64,000 bases of DNA from Ylistrum balloti (lineage: Eukaryota), in assembly GCF_031769215.1 (NCBI RefSeq), contig NW_026782582.1:310001-374000 (forward strand), given 5' to 3'. The notes below the pieces were generated by a model that searched no databases, had not been told where the DNA came from, and saw only the letters and a list, made by a program, of their open reading frames with translations. Positions within the stretch are counted from its first letter, which is position 1, and the number at the start of each line of letters is the position of its first letter. The translations under genes were made by a program, and so were the position numbers. Below, piece by piece: positions 13,201-25,288 of the stretch.

Positions 13201-15677
13201 TGCCCATCTAGATCTTAAAGCCCAGCAAGGTGTACATGCTTATAGGTTGGTATCTCAAGTATTCCCAAATTACAACTCAAGTCATTTCATCTCTTTGATA
13301 GCAACAACCAGTGGGTAAATTCTTATATCATGTCTGTCTTTTTCTTTTGATGTCCAGTAATTTTATATGGTTACTGTTTAAAAAATATGATTGAGAAAAA
13401 AAGTCCTGGGGGGTAGAATCAGATCCCTGGGCCATTTTTTCCATCATGATTCAGTTTATCTATTAATGCCCAACATTGCTATTTATGGTTATGTGGTGGG
13501 AATCTCAACTGTTTCAAGGACGTAACCCAGAAACCTAGTCCTGAGGGTAGGAGCCAGACACCAGGGCCAACTCTTACATTATGATTGTGTTTTGATCCCC
13601 AACATTGCTATTATAAATGGTTAGTGGGTCAGAGTTCTTAACTGCTCTAAAGACATAACTAGACAATTCTCTTACTGTGCCCCTCTCCTCCTGCCCTAGA
13701 AAGGTAAGACCCACCATTTACAAAAAAAATTGTTTCCTTTCATCAAAACGTGCTTTAGACCAAATTTGGACAAAATCCAATTATTCCAAGGACTTTAAAT
13801 AATTGTACTATATATCCCCTATTGGCCTCTCCCCTCCTACCCCAGGGGAGTGAGACTCACTGTTTATACAAAACTGATTTCCCTTCATCTAAACATGTTT
13901 CAGAACAAAATTGGACAAAGCCCAATCATTCCTACAAGAAGAAGTAGGATTTGAAAGAATTGGCTCTAGTTCCCCTATTGGGCCGTGCTCCTTCTACCCC
14001 AGGGGGGGGCGAGAGTCACCATTGAAAGAAAATTCATTACACTTCGCCCAAAATGAAATGGGTACAAACATAAGGACACTAAGGGGGTCCTATCTATGAA
14101 ATCTGAGAAATGAAAATAACAAATTTTCATTGTCAAAATCAATGATATCTCCCTGGAAGACATTTTGTTTTTCTGATCTGTCCCAAAATCCAAATGGAAT
14201 AACTGGGGACCAAGCGGGACATACATAGGAAATTTGAGAAACATCCATCCATTGGTTCTCAAGATCTAGTGATAACAAACTTTGCTTGCATTAAAAGCTA
14301 AAATGGCTAAAAGCAAATGTGAACTTTCAATTCACTGCTCTGTTTTGTTGTTTCTTTTTTCAAAATTAGTATCTTCATTTTGCTTTAAATCATAGGTTTC
14401 AAGATTCATTCATTCATAACTGCATTTTAATTGTCTTTTCCTTTGCTTGGTTGTAATTATCCCATGAACAGCAAGGGTCACTTTGAGGCGGTATATATTT
14501 CCTTGCAGTAGCCGGTGGCTACCTCACTTAACAACATACAGAAGGCCTGTCACATTCATTCAGAGTAATCAGGATAAAATGCCTTGGTCATGGATACAAC
14601 CAAAAAAACACAAATTAACCGATTCTCAGCTTCTTGTGAAATGTAAAAACTAGCATGGTTAGAAAGTATAAAACCACCGGTCTTCAGTGAGGTTATGTAT
14701 TGGCCAATGTCTGACGGCTCAGCTACCATGGCCGTCATTTTGATCAAATTGAATAAAATGCAACACAGCTAGTAAAAACACTTTAACAATGTTGATCAAT
14801 GATGTGACAATGCAGTAATAACTACTTTATGTTACGATGTGGATATCACTCAAATGAGGCTATTTAACCAGGTAACCATGTGATGCTTTTCGCTTTTTCT
14901 TGTTGTTTTAAAGAACTTAATGTTTCTGTATCTGTATTGTTACGCTGCTAGATCCCAAAAGTTGTATAGTTGCAGTATCCCTAACCAACACACATGACTG
15001 TCACTCAAATACAGGACTATTACTGGTATGCTATTCTCGGCCCCCATCGGCTGTCAAGTTTGTTGATATACTATCTGACAAGGTGAAAAGAAGGGCAATA
15101 ACTCTGGGAGATCAGAATGTGTAACGCATAAACGAGAGTGCACCCAACCCGATTCATGCAATATCCATCATTGAGATATCTGAACACCACTTGGACATGG
15201 ACAACTCTGATACTAAATGATAGGATCTTTAGATATGTAAACAGAGGCCACAGGACTGCCTCAATAGAAATATCATTAATTGATAGAATGTGTAAATGGG
15301 ATCGTACGAAAGATCATAACACGCCCCATGTATGAACGTTACAGAAAATAGAAATAAATCTACTTAACACCACGGACTTAAATATAGTTATCTAATTCAC
15401 TTATGCATCAAGAAAGAATTAAAGAAATGTATTATATCTAAGTTTAATGACAATCACTAATCAGCTATGTTTAATCGATATTTTTGTTTTGCTGAGAGTA
15501 GCAAAGGTAGGGATGACGCAGACAATGCGATGGATAAGGGAATTTCTTTACCTCTCCCTCGTCACTTGGATCTAGACCGCTAATTAATGGATCTTTGAAT
15601 TTATGCTGATCGTTTGATGCATCAGAAGATGTGTTATCGTCTTCTTTCCCGGGGAAGATGTCTTCCGAGCTGGCCAT
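4244..15677 (-). CDS. SNX30: Sorting nexin of the SNX7/SNX30 (SNX4-like PX-BAR) group, 11 coding exons, 488 aa
   Basis: Coding exons on the minus strand: 15677-15552, 13068-12874, 12127-12017, 11160-10999, 10569-10374, 9590-9460, 8535-8467, 7453-7367, 6450-6346, 5370-5218, 4375-4244. All introns are GT-AG with matching phases and the total is 1467 nt. PX domain: [70 protein letters not shown]...[38 protein letters not shown] helices follow ([23 protein letters not shown]...[44 protein letters not shown]). The start is in aaaATGG context. The SNX30 versus SNX7 assignment is from recall and needs a tree. Confidence 0.93.
4891..5240. repeat. 44-bp minisatellite, about 8 copies, containing the SNX exon 10 3' end and splice donor
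   Basis: Period 44 (actagg at 4891, 4935, 4979). The minus-strand unit is ...AGACAAATAGCTTACTACGAAAGG|GTAGGCATCAACCTAGTTAAT. Confidence 0.9.
6466..6882. repeat. 40-bp minisatellite, about 10 copies, abutting the SNX exon 9 acceptor
   Basis: Unit catctgtctacagtgatgaagtgttaagttactgttaaca. Confidence 0.92.
7148..7345 (-). mobile_element. Truncated HINE-like element end in the SNX intron between exons 8 and 9
   Basis: The terminal motif atgaggcttatgggccttaacggtcacct (hairpin plus sub-TIR) matches the ends at 13176, 19021-19056 and 63661. Confidence 0.4.
7428..8022. repeat. 60-bp minisatellite, 10 copies, containing the SNX exon 8 acceptor and first ~26 exon bases
   Basis: Unit gtcgtagaac(cgcagataaa/agcctaaaaa)tatatatatcacatagaagtacactgaatagcatctctac, in register with the 60-nt lines 7441-8020. 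Confidence 0.95.
8724..9196. repeat. 33-35 bp minisatellite, about 14 copies
   Basis: Unit ctctagatgtacccctacaatcaccacatatct. Confidence 0.92.
9922..10133. repeat. 35-bp minisatellite, about 6 copies, G-rich on the minus strand
   Basis: Unit aaaggtaaatgtgaaaccccctcccccacctcaac at 9941, 9976, 10011, 10046, 10081 and 10116. Confidence 0.92.
13176..14300 (-). mobile_element. HINE-like element in SNX intron 1
   Basis: Begins aacaagaggcccatagggcct (AGGCCC/GGGCCT hairpin), followed by diverged ~150-170 bp monomers similar to those at 2480-3200. The right boundary is approximate. Confidence 0.45.
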
Positions 15678-15851
15678 TTTCAGCACCGGATCCCTGATAT
15701 CAATGATAATCAGCTGTTCATGTATACTTTGTTTTTATTGGTCGAAGTATTAATTCCAACTAATCAGAAACCTCGTAAGATTTACCACTCGGCAGGCTAC
15801 GTTTTCAATGCTGCAAGGGGCAAGTTGCAGACGAATAGATATATACCAGAA
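15678..15851. promoter_or_regulatory. Shared bidirectional promoter/5' UTR region of the divergent SNX and INIP genes
   Basis: Only 174 nt separate the two oppositely oriented ATGs (15677 minus, 15852 plus), so both TSSs and both 5' UTRs must fit here or overlap. No upstream non-coding exons were evident. Confidence 0.7.
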
Positions 15852-16831
15852 ATGGCTTTTCAACCGCTTGGAACAGGACAAGGTGGGCTAAACAAAGAAG
15901 AAAGTGTCGGTTTTGTGAATATGAGTTTTTAAACGTGTATACATATAATGGCACAATGTGAACAGTACAGTACAGTCCTACAGTACATTGCCAAATACAT
16001 CCTCTCTTCATCACATCGTCCGTCCAACAATAGACCTACTGAACGTGTACGTCGTACACGGCCCCGAAACCCCTACCAGGACTATAAAAATAATTGATGT
16101 CTTGAGAACAAAAAAAACGCTAATAAATTTTAAATTTTCTAAATCTACTTAAATGAATGAATTCTGCTATTTAAATTTACATACCTGATTGTAAATGCAT
16201 AACCAACAAAACTACCCTGATCATAGTCATAGACCTAGAGACTAAACCACACTATGAAGTCTTAATACCATATAAGTGTTACATCTAATCTAAAGCAAAC
16301 TGGGACAAACTAAAGAAATATCTAACAAAAACATCAGACGGCATCAGAAACCAAGGTCAGATTGGACAAGTGATTGGACATCTTTGAAATAAATTTAAGA
16401 AAGAGCTCAAAACCAACCAGGACAAACATATATTTGTACCATCAAAAATTATCCTGTCAGACAAAACCATGTCATGGATAAACTGCAATGTGTAATAAAG
16501 CTACAGCAGAAGGCATGGCTCTACAGACGACAAGCAAAAAGGTTAAATAAATGTAACAATCACTGTCAACATAAAAGAATGTAAATGCAAAATCAAGTAA
16601 GCAGTGTGGACATAGTGTTGTTACAATTTCTTGAGAAGTACTGTTATCAGATTCCCAAAGGTCACTAGTTTGCTCTTTCGACTGAGGCACTCATTGATTT
16701 GGAAAAGCCTAATGGCTGACTGGAAGCCATCTTCAATTAGACAGTTAAGCTCATAGTCACCTATTTAAGAGGACTTTTTTAATTCCATAGAATTAAGAGT
16801 GAAAACAGACGATAGAAGGGAATGGATAAAA

Positions 16832-16871
<40 letters not shown>

Positions 16872-19800
16872 AAGATCAAACAATGGTGGACACCAACATC
16901 CAGCTGTGATCTCTTGTTTATAGAGGGATAAGTCAAAAGGATAATTAATGTTTTTGTTAAATGTGTGATGAATTGTATGACTGGACTTATAATTGTAGAA
17001 CATAAGAATAGGAAGATACTGGAACAGCTGGAGGAACAAAAGAAGAGACTGCGGATGCAAACTCATGGAGGAAGTGCTGGAGGAGTTGGTGTTAGTGGAG
17101 GCGGCAATGGAGCCTCCGGTGCTGCAAATGTCAGCAGTGGGTCAGTTTTGTCAATGTTACTAGCTCCTGTGTGTTGATTTAAACAATAGAAAGTGTGTTA
17201 GATTTTCATGACTAGCCCCTGTGTATTGGGTTATACAAAAGAAAGTGTGATCTACTTTTTGACTATGTGATCATTTTTTTTCCATTAGCATCTTTAAAAT
17301 TCATGAAGTTCTGTCAAGATGAGGTCAATTATGAAGTTGACCCCACATATTACCCCACTATAATATGAAATAGTCTCTGTGCTGATCTTAATTTCTTGTT
17401 ATTTCATAACAGGCTAACCACAAAGTATCTATACACAAGGCTAAGATATAGGTGATAGCCAGAAGTCCCTAATCTTTTCAGGTATATGTCAGATGTTTAT
17501 GTAACGTTGTCAAACAGTGATGCCAATTTTGTTATTACAGTTCTACAAGCACGGTTTCTCAGCAAGCTTCACATTTATCAAATGTAAGTATACTCAGTCT
17601 CTGTATGTTGACAACAAACATCCCAAAGACCATGTATGTCGGGCGCAAGTCATTAAACATATTTATAACCATCAGAACAATGTCTTTAAAGGTCAACAAT
17701 ATGCATTGTATTGATGGTTACTTACTACATCAAATCACTGATTTCATAGGTAAACAGTATTAACATAGGTAAACAGTATTAACATGTACTGATGGTTACT
17801 TACTACATCAAAACACTGATTTCATAGGTAAACAGTATTAACATATACTGTACTGGTGACTATTTATTACATCAAAACACTGACTTCATAGGTAAACAGT
17901 ATCAACATGTACTGTACTGATGGTTACTTACTACATCAAAACATTGACTTCATGGGTAAACAGTATTAACATATACTGTACTAGTGACTACTTATTACAT
18001 CAAAACACTGACTTCATAGGTAAACAGTGTTAACATGTACTGTACTGATGGTTACTTACTACATCAAAACATTGACTTCATAGGTAAACAGTATTAACAT
18101 GTACTGTACTGATGGTTACTTACTACATCAAAACACTGACTTCATAGGTAAACAGTAATAACATGTACTGTACTAATAATTACATCAGTTATTTTTAGCT
18201 CACTGGTCCGAAAGACTGGTGCGCTTATGCCATGGCGCAGCGTCTTATTGTCTTGCGTCCATCAACTTTTTGCTTTAATTACTACTAGTCCTGAAGGACT
18301 GAATAGATTTTGACCAAAATGGATCAGAAGACATGTAATGTAGAAAATTGACTGATGGTTTATGTAAGAAAGTCAAACCAATGGCCTTATCTCATCAGTC
18401 CTTAGATCAATTTTGATAAAACTGATATAACTTATTAAGATGACAGCTCAGGGAGATGCACTAATTTACCTTGGCTGATCCCCATGGGCTGTTGGGTGGG
18501 GCCAAAAATGGATCAAATTGACTGAAATTTTAAAAATCTTCTTCTCAAGACCCAGATAATGTAAAAACCAAATACTCTTCATGGATGGAAGTGTATTGCT
18601 GTGCTTTATAAATACTGTAAATTTCATGACCCCAGGGTCTCACATTTTTCCAAAGGGAGGAAGTAAAATTTACTTTATTTCATAAATGAAAATTACATTT
18701 TTGAACATAATTTATTAATTTCTTTCAGAAATAGTTCAAACTTGGTCAGAATTTATTTATTTTATTAGTATAAACTGACTATTTGATGAGATGAACATAT
18801 TGAACTTGACTGACTCCCATGGGCTGATGACCGGGGCCAAAATTGAGTCAAATTGACTGAAGTTTCAAAGATATTCTACTGTTCTTGGATGGAAGATTCA
18901 AATCTTGAACTAAATTTCTTTTAATTGAAACTTTGTTTTAATCCTAAGCTTGGGACAACAGTTAATATATACACAATTTAAAAAATCATTTCTATGACAT
19001 GTTATAAGAACTATTGTGACTTAGGTGAGTGTTAAGGCCCTTGGGCCTCTTATTGTCTTTTGTGTGATATGTGAGCAGTTGTACAATTGCCCAAGGATTT
19101 CATTGCAGATCAGCATGGTTATGGAGACACAGCAAATGACCCCAGCACAGAGAGCAGCATTACAGGTAGGAGTCTTATAGAATGAAATTTCTTAAAACAC
19201 AATCAGTAGGAGATTTAAGTGCGACTTCAATAAACCCTCATCAGACAAATGACCAGCTTGAAATGTATTAGCACTGATGAGCAACATGAACAAGATGATA
19301 AGGCCAACTTTTTTGACTGTATTGTAATCATAAGTACATGTCTGAGGTAAAAAATAGTGTGACAAGATGGTAAATAGAAAAACAAAACACACAAGATGGT
19401 AACAATGTTCTGTAGTCGATTTGGCTAAACTTTAATACCCTTGGTCATTGATGTGTGAGAGTCTGTTTAGTACGTGCTCACTGTGGCAGATAGTGTTACA
19501 TGAGAAAATAATCTACCCAGGTACTTCAATCTGATTCTGTAATCAATTTTCCTTTTCTTACCATATTTATCTGGGGAATAAGCATTTTCACAAAGGTTGA
19601 ACTTTGAAATCATAAAGGTCACTAGACTTTAGGTCATGGTGAATCATTTCAATCATTCTTCGTCCATCTTGTATCATGCAAGGTGTGTCGTGCGCTCACT
19701 TTCACTTGTGAACATGAACAGATTTTGCTAAAATTTGCTTTGTAGCCCCATATAAATATGATATCAAATTATTTGACAATAGGACAGATTTAATTATATT

Positions 19801-20365
19801 TTACAGAGTTATGGCCCTTCATAGTTTTAATACCATTGGACCTTGTGAACACAATAATTTGAGTGAATATTAACAGATTTTGATCAAACTTGGTGTGAAG
19901 CTAGGCTAGCTAGGGTGGGGGTGGGTGAGGAGAGGGGGGATACCTGGGGCATGAGAGACTGTGCCCAATAGGGGAAATAGAGCAAGTTATTTAAAAGCCT
20001 TCTCCTTCAGTAGGAATGATTGGATTTTGCCCAAATTTGGTCTGAAGCATTCTTGTATGAAGGGGAATCAATTTTGTTTAAATGGAGGGTTGCAGTCCCT
20101 TGGGAGATTGAGGGGCACAGCCAAATGGGGGAAATGAGTAAATTTTTAAAAATTCTATTCCTCCTGTAGAAACGCTTGGATTTTGCCCGAATTTGTTCTG
20201 AAGTCATTTAATGAAATCCTTGTATTTTAATTTTATTTTACATACAGAATAAATGATATGTTTCAGCATGCCAATGCCAACTCTGTGGGCTACTTCATCA
20301 CACAAGACTCCTCATTTGGGAATTTGATACTACCAGTGCTACCTCGCTTCAATGAAAAAACGTGA
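15852..20365 (+). CDS. INIP: SOSS complex subunit C (INTS3/NABP-interacting protein), 4 coding exons
   Basis: Exons 15852-15882 (MAFQPLGTGQ), 16999-17140 (EHKNRKILEQLEEQKKRLRMQ plus a Gly/Ser-rich stretch), about 19096/19109/19114-19165 (METQQMTPAQRAALQ; acceptor ambiguous) and 20267-20365 (HANANSVGYFITQDSSFGNLILPVLPRFNEKT*). The C-terminal motif AALQHA...GYFITQDS.FGNLILPVLPR is the signature of SOSS-C/C9orf80. Confidence 0.92.
17712..18175. repeat. About 64-bp minisatellite, about 7 copies, INIP intron 2
   Basis: Unit tgatggttacttactacatcaaaacactgacttcataggtaaacagtattaacatgtactgtac. Confidence 0.9.
18192..19056 (+). mobile_element. HINE-like non-autonomous Helentron in INIP intron 2
   Basis: 5' end tttttagctcactggtccgaaagactgg; 3' end ttaggtgagtgttaAGGCCCttGGGCCTcttattgt (sub-TIR plus terminal hairpin). 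Diverged monomers (tttcatgaccccaggg, ccccatgggctg) lie inside. Confidence 0.6.
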
Positions 20366-20797
20366 CACGTGGATCAACAGAGCATCACAGATAGTCATCG
20401 TCATCGTCGTCGTCATTATCATTTATGTTTGAAACATGTAACAAAGCATTTATTTTGAATTTATTTTAAGGATGACTTTTATCATGAATGAAAAATACAA
20501 TGAGATTGGAAGATCAAGAAGGAATGGACCGACAAAGCAAGAAGAGAAAAAGGACCAGTAAAACATGCTGAAATTTCATACCATATTTGATAAATATATC
20601 TATGGCAAAATTTTAATACTGTTTTAAATATTTGGTTGTAGAAACAAAAAGTGAAAGATAGTGGAAATGTATGTTGAACTTTGAAAGGTTTCATAAGGTA
20701 TACTGAAATTCCAGATAATGAATATTATAACAAATATTAAGAGAAGGGAGGACTGATATGAAATCATATATTTTTGATGTGAGATATCTGCGATATA

Positions 20798-21230
20798 CAG
20801 TCAGGAAGGATTTGTTTGTTTGCTGTAAAGTGAGATAAGGAAGGATGTGCTTGTTTGCTAGACAGTGAGATCAGGAAGGATGTGCTTGTTTGCTGGACAG
20901 TGAGACAAGGAAGGAATTATTTGTTTACTGGACAGTGAGATTGGAAAGGAATTATTTGTTTGCTGGACAGTGAGATCAGGAAGGATGTGCTTGTTTGCTA
21001 GACAGTGAGACAAGGAAGGATGTGCTTGTTTGCTGGACAGTGAGATCAGGAAGGATGTGCTTGTTTGCTAGACAGTGAGATCAGGAAGGATGTGCTTGTT
21101 TGCTGGACAGTGAGATCAGGAAGGATGTGCTTGTTTGCTGGACAGTGAGATCAGGAAGGATGTGCTTGTTTGCTGGACAGTGAGACAAGGAAGGAATTAT
21201 TTGTTTATTAGACAGTGAGATTGGAAAGGA
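20798..21230. repeat. 35-bp minisatellite, about 12 copies
   Basis: Unit gacagtgagatcaggaaggatgtgcttgtttgctg. Confidence 0.92.
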
Positions 21231-22662
21231 TTTACCATAAATCAAATCTTCAAGATAATCAATGATTTATGCAGAACTTAAGTTGTCATGTCAACTGAAT
21301 ACCAAACTGTAAGTTGAGGAAGAATTATATTGATGCTAACAGTAAGACAAAGGACTAGCATGTAAACCTATATAAAATGGTCTGAATGGATTTATAAGAT
21401 ATGTTATATTAGGTACACATCTACTTCCTATAGTTCTTTGACCAGGTATGAAATCAAGAAGTAAACAAATGATGCCATTTCCTGTGTTTTGTAGTTGTTT
21501 TCTCCCTTGAGTTGGGAAAATGTAGTTAATCTTTTCTGCTGTTTTTTATTCAGTATTGTTAACTATACTTTTATGTTACATGTCACTAACTAGTCAAAGA
21601 TAACAAAGTAGGTTTGTGTATTTGCATATGTTCATAATTATGTATGCAAGTATTTGAAATGGATGGAAATTTTGGCAAAGAACATGTTCTAGCAACTTAA
21701 AAATCCCCCTGGTTTTGATACATTTACTTATCTGTAGAACAGAAAAATTGGTAATAATTTTTAAAATGATAGTTCTATAGAGGGTTACAATGTGGAGGTC
21801 AGACTTATGAAGTACATTGTCCTGTTTGGGTTTACATATTAGGTTTGGTCACTTAAATTGATTTTATATCAATATGGAGGAATATCTCAATACAATTGTC
21901 CTTGTTGCCTTTCATCACTTACTTGCTTCAGTTAGGCATTAAACACATCACATCGTTTCAAAGAAAGAGATTCAATGAGCTTAAAATTACTCTCCTGTCC
22001 TCAAGCTTGCATGGAAGAATCAGTTTGTCAAGTAAATATCTTGAAACTTGAAAGGCTAATCCTCAACTATGCTTCTACAAAAAAATCAAGACCCAAGTTT
22101 TTCACAAATTTGACCCCTGTGACCTTGAAAGTGTCTCAAGGTTAATTATTTTAACAGACTTGATAGCCCTTCTTCCCAACATGCAACTGGACCATAATTG
22201 ACACCTGAGCTTTTTGGTAATTGAGAAAAAGTAATTTAAAAATTTTAACATATTTTACCCCTGTGACCTTAAAAGATGGTCATTCATTTGAACAAATTGT
22301 TTTTTATGGCAGCATGCTACAGGGTCAAGATGGCAACTTGCTATCATGCATCGTTCGTCCATAATGCCCCAGTGGATATCAACCAAATTTGGTGTTAAAC
22401 ACCATTAAGAAAGGGGAATAATAATTTGAAGTTAATTTGCCAAATATCAGTACCCTGAGCATTTTCATTATTAAGAAGATAGTTTGAAGATTTTAACATA
22501 TTTAACATATCAGGTCATCACTTTAAATAAATTGGTAATCCTTCACCCCAACATGCTACAGTCTTAAGATCGGTACACTGGGCATTTTCATTACTGAGAA
22601 GAAATTTAAAGACTTTTAACACCTTAAACCCTATGACCGTGAAAGTGGGTCAACGTCTTAAT

Positions 22663-24752
22663 TAGAATGATGACTTACACGTGGCAGATTCTTTCTTAGA
22701 ATGATGACTTACACGTGGTAGATTCTTTCTTAGAATGATGACTTACACGTGGTAGATTCTTTCTTAGAATGATGACTTACACGTGGTAGATTCTTTCTTA
22801 GAATGATGACTTACACGTGGTAGATTCTTACATAGAATGATGACTTACACGTGGTAGATTCTTACATAGAATGATGACTTACACGTGGTAGATTCTTTCT
22901 TAGAATGATGACTTACACGTGGTATTTAGAATGATGACTTACACGTGGTAGATTACACGTGGTAGATTCTTACATAGAATGATGACTTACACGTGGTAGT
23001 AGAATGATGACTTACACGTGGTAGATTCTTACATAGAATGATGACTTACACGTGGTAGGTTCTTACATAGAATGATGACTTACACGTGGTAGATTCTTAC
23101 ATAGAATGATGACTTACACGTGGTAGATTTAGAATGATGACTTACACGTGGAATAGAATGATGACTTACACGTGGTAGATTCTTTAGAATGATGACTTAC
23201 AATGATGACTTACACGTGGTAGATTCTTACATAGAATGATGACTTACACGTGGTAGATTCTTACATAGAATGATGACTTACACGTGGTAGATTCTTACAT
23301 AGAATGATGACTTACACGTGGTAGATTCTTTCTTAGAATGATGACTTACACGTGGTAGATTCTTTCTTAGAATGATGACTTACACGTGGTAGATTCTTTC
23401 TTAGAATGATGACTTACACGTGGTAGATTCTTACATAGAATGATGACTTACACGTGGTAGATTCTTACATAGAATGATGACTTACACGTGGTAGATTCTT
23501 ACATAGAATGATGACTTACACGTGGTAGATTTGTATTTAGAATGATGACTTACACGTGGTAGATTCTTTCTTAGAATGATGACTTACACGTGGTAGATTC
23601 TTTCTTAGAATGATGACTTACACGTGGTAGATTTGTATTTAGAATGATGACTTACACGTGGTAGATTCTTACATAGAATGATGACTTACACGTGGTAGAT
23701 TCTTACATAGAATGATGACTTACACGTGGTAGATTCTTTCTTAGAATGATGACTTACACGTGGTACATAGAATGATAGAATGATGACTTACACGTGGTAG
23801 ATTTGTATGACTTACACGTGGTAGATTCTTACATAGAATGATGACTTACACGTGGTAGATTCTTACATAGAATGATGACTTACACGTGGTAGATTCTTAC
23901 ATAGAATGATGACTTACACGTGGTAGATTCTTACATAGAATGATGACTTACACGTGGTAGATTCTTTCTTAGAATGATGACTTACACGTGGTAGATTCTT
24001 ACATAGAATGATGACTTACACGTGGTAGGTTCTTACATAGAATGATGACTTACACATGGTAGATTCTTACATAGAATGATGACTTACACGTGGTAGATTC
24101 TTACATAGAATGATGACTTACACGTGGTAGGTTCTTACATAGAATGATGACTTACACGTGGTAGATTCTTACATAGAATGATGACTTACACGTGGTAGAT
24201 TCTTACATAGAATGATGACTTACACGTGGTAGGTAGAATGATGACTTACACGTGGTAGATTCTTTCATAGAATGATGACTTACACGTGGTAGATTCTTAC
24301 ATAGAATGATGACTTACACGTGGTAGATTCTTACATAGAATGATGACTTACACGTGGTAGATTCTTACATAGAATGATGACTTACACGTGGTAGGTTCTT
24401 ACATAGAATGATGACTTACACGTGGTAGGTTCTTACATAGAATGATGACTTACACGTGGTAGATTTGTATTTAGAATGATGACTTACACGTGGTAGATTC
24501 TTACATAGAATGATGACTTACATGATTCTTACACATAGAATGATGACTTACACGTGTTCTTTTACATAGAATGATGACTTTGGTAGGTTCTTACATAGAA
24601 TGATGACTTACACGTGGTAGATTCTTACACATAGAATGATGACTTACACGTGGTAGATTCTTTCTTAGAATGATGACTTACACGTGGTAGATTCTTACAT
24701 AGAATGATGACTTACACGTGGTAGGTTCTTACATAGAATGATGACTTACAGT
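22663..24752. repeat. 34-bp minisatellite array, about 60 copies, each with a CACGTG
   Basis: Unit atagaatgatgacttacacgtggtagattcttac with ttct/taca/tgtat variants. Some units near 24500-24620 are ragged. Confidence 0.95.
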
Positions 24753-24774
24753 TGACTCTTTCTTAAATGTGTAA

Positions 24775-25288
24775 GCCCAGGTGAGGGGTCTGGGGGCCGC
24801 CTAGGCCTCCAGCGGGTCCAGAATAGGGCCCTGGTCGGGTGATCAGGGGGCGAAGCCCCCGACGGAAAAATAATTTCATGATTTCAAAGATGGTTTGAAT
24901 CGTTTTCTGAGACAGTTTTTTTTATTATTTAACAACAAACGTCAACCACTGATTAAATAAAAGACTTTACTTTGTTTGAAAAACTTGCCGATCGACGTCT
25001 GTAATCCAGAAGCCTTCTTCATTTTGAAAATTTGCTCTTTAACAACATTATAATCGGAAACGTTGAAATGATAGTAAGAAGAACGGTATGACGTGTATAA
25101 AGTTCCGGAAAGCAATGCACTAGGCCTAATTATTCAACAATTTTCTATTTATATTTTTTGATTCATCGAAGATACTAGATATTTATTTTCAACCTAAGTT
25201 TTGTAATTTTGTCCAAAATACTCTATGCACGGATTTTTTTTATGTGTAAGCCCGTGCTTTTTTCTTTCTATGGAAGCTACGCCCCTGA
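24775..25288. mobile_element. Partial GC-rich MITE-like element
   Basis: GC-rich head (gggggccgcctaggcc...gggggcgaagcccccgacgg) and tail agctacgcccctg, atypical of the surrounding AT-rich DNA. No matching left TIR was found; the left side abuts the 34-bp array. Confidence 0.3.

Noticed and set aside
14556-14747. Possible alternative SNX first exon ([14 protein letters not shown]...)
   Set aside because: The candidate donor would be phase 1 whereas exon 2 starts in phase 0, and there is no homology support.
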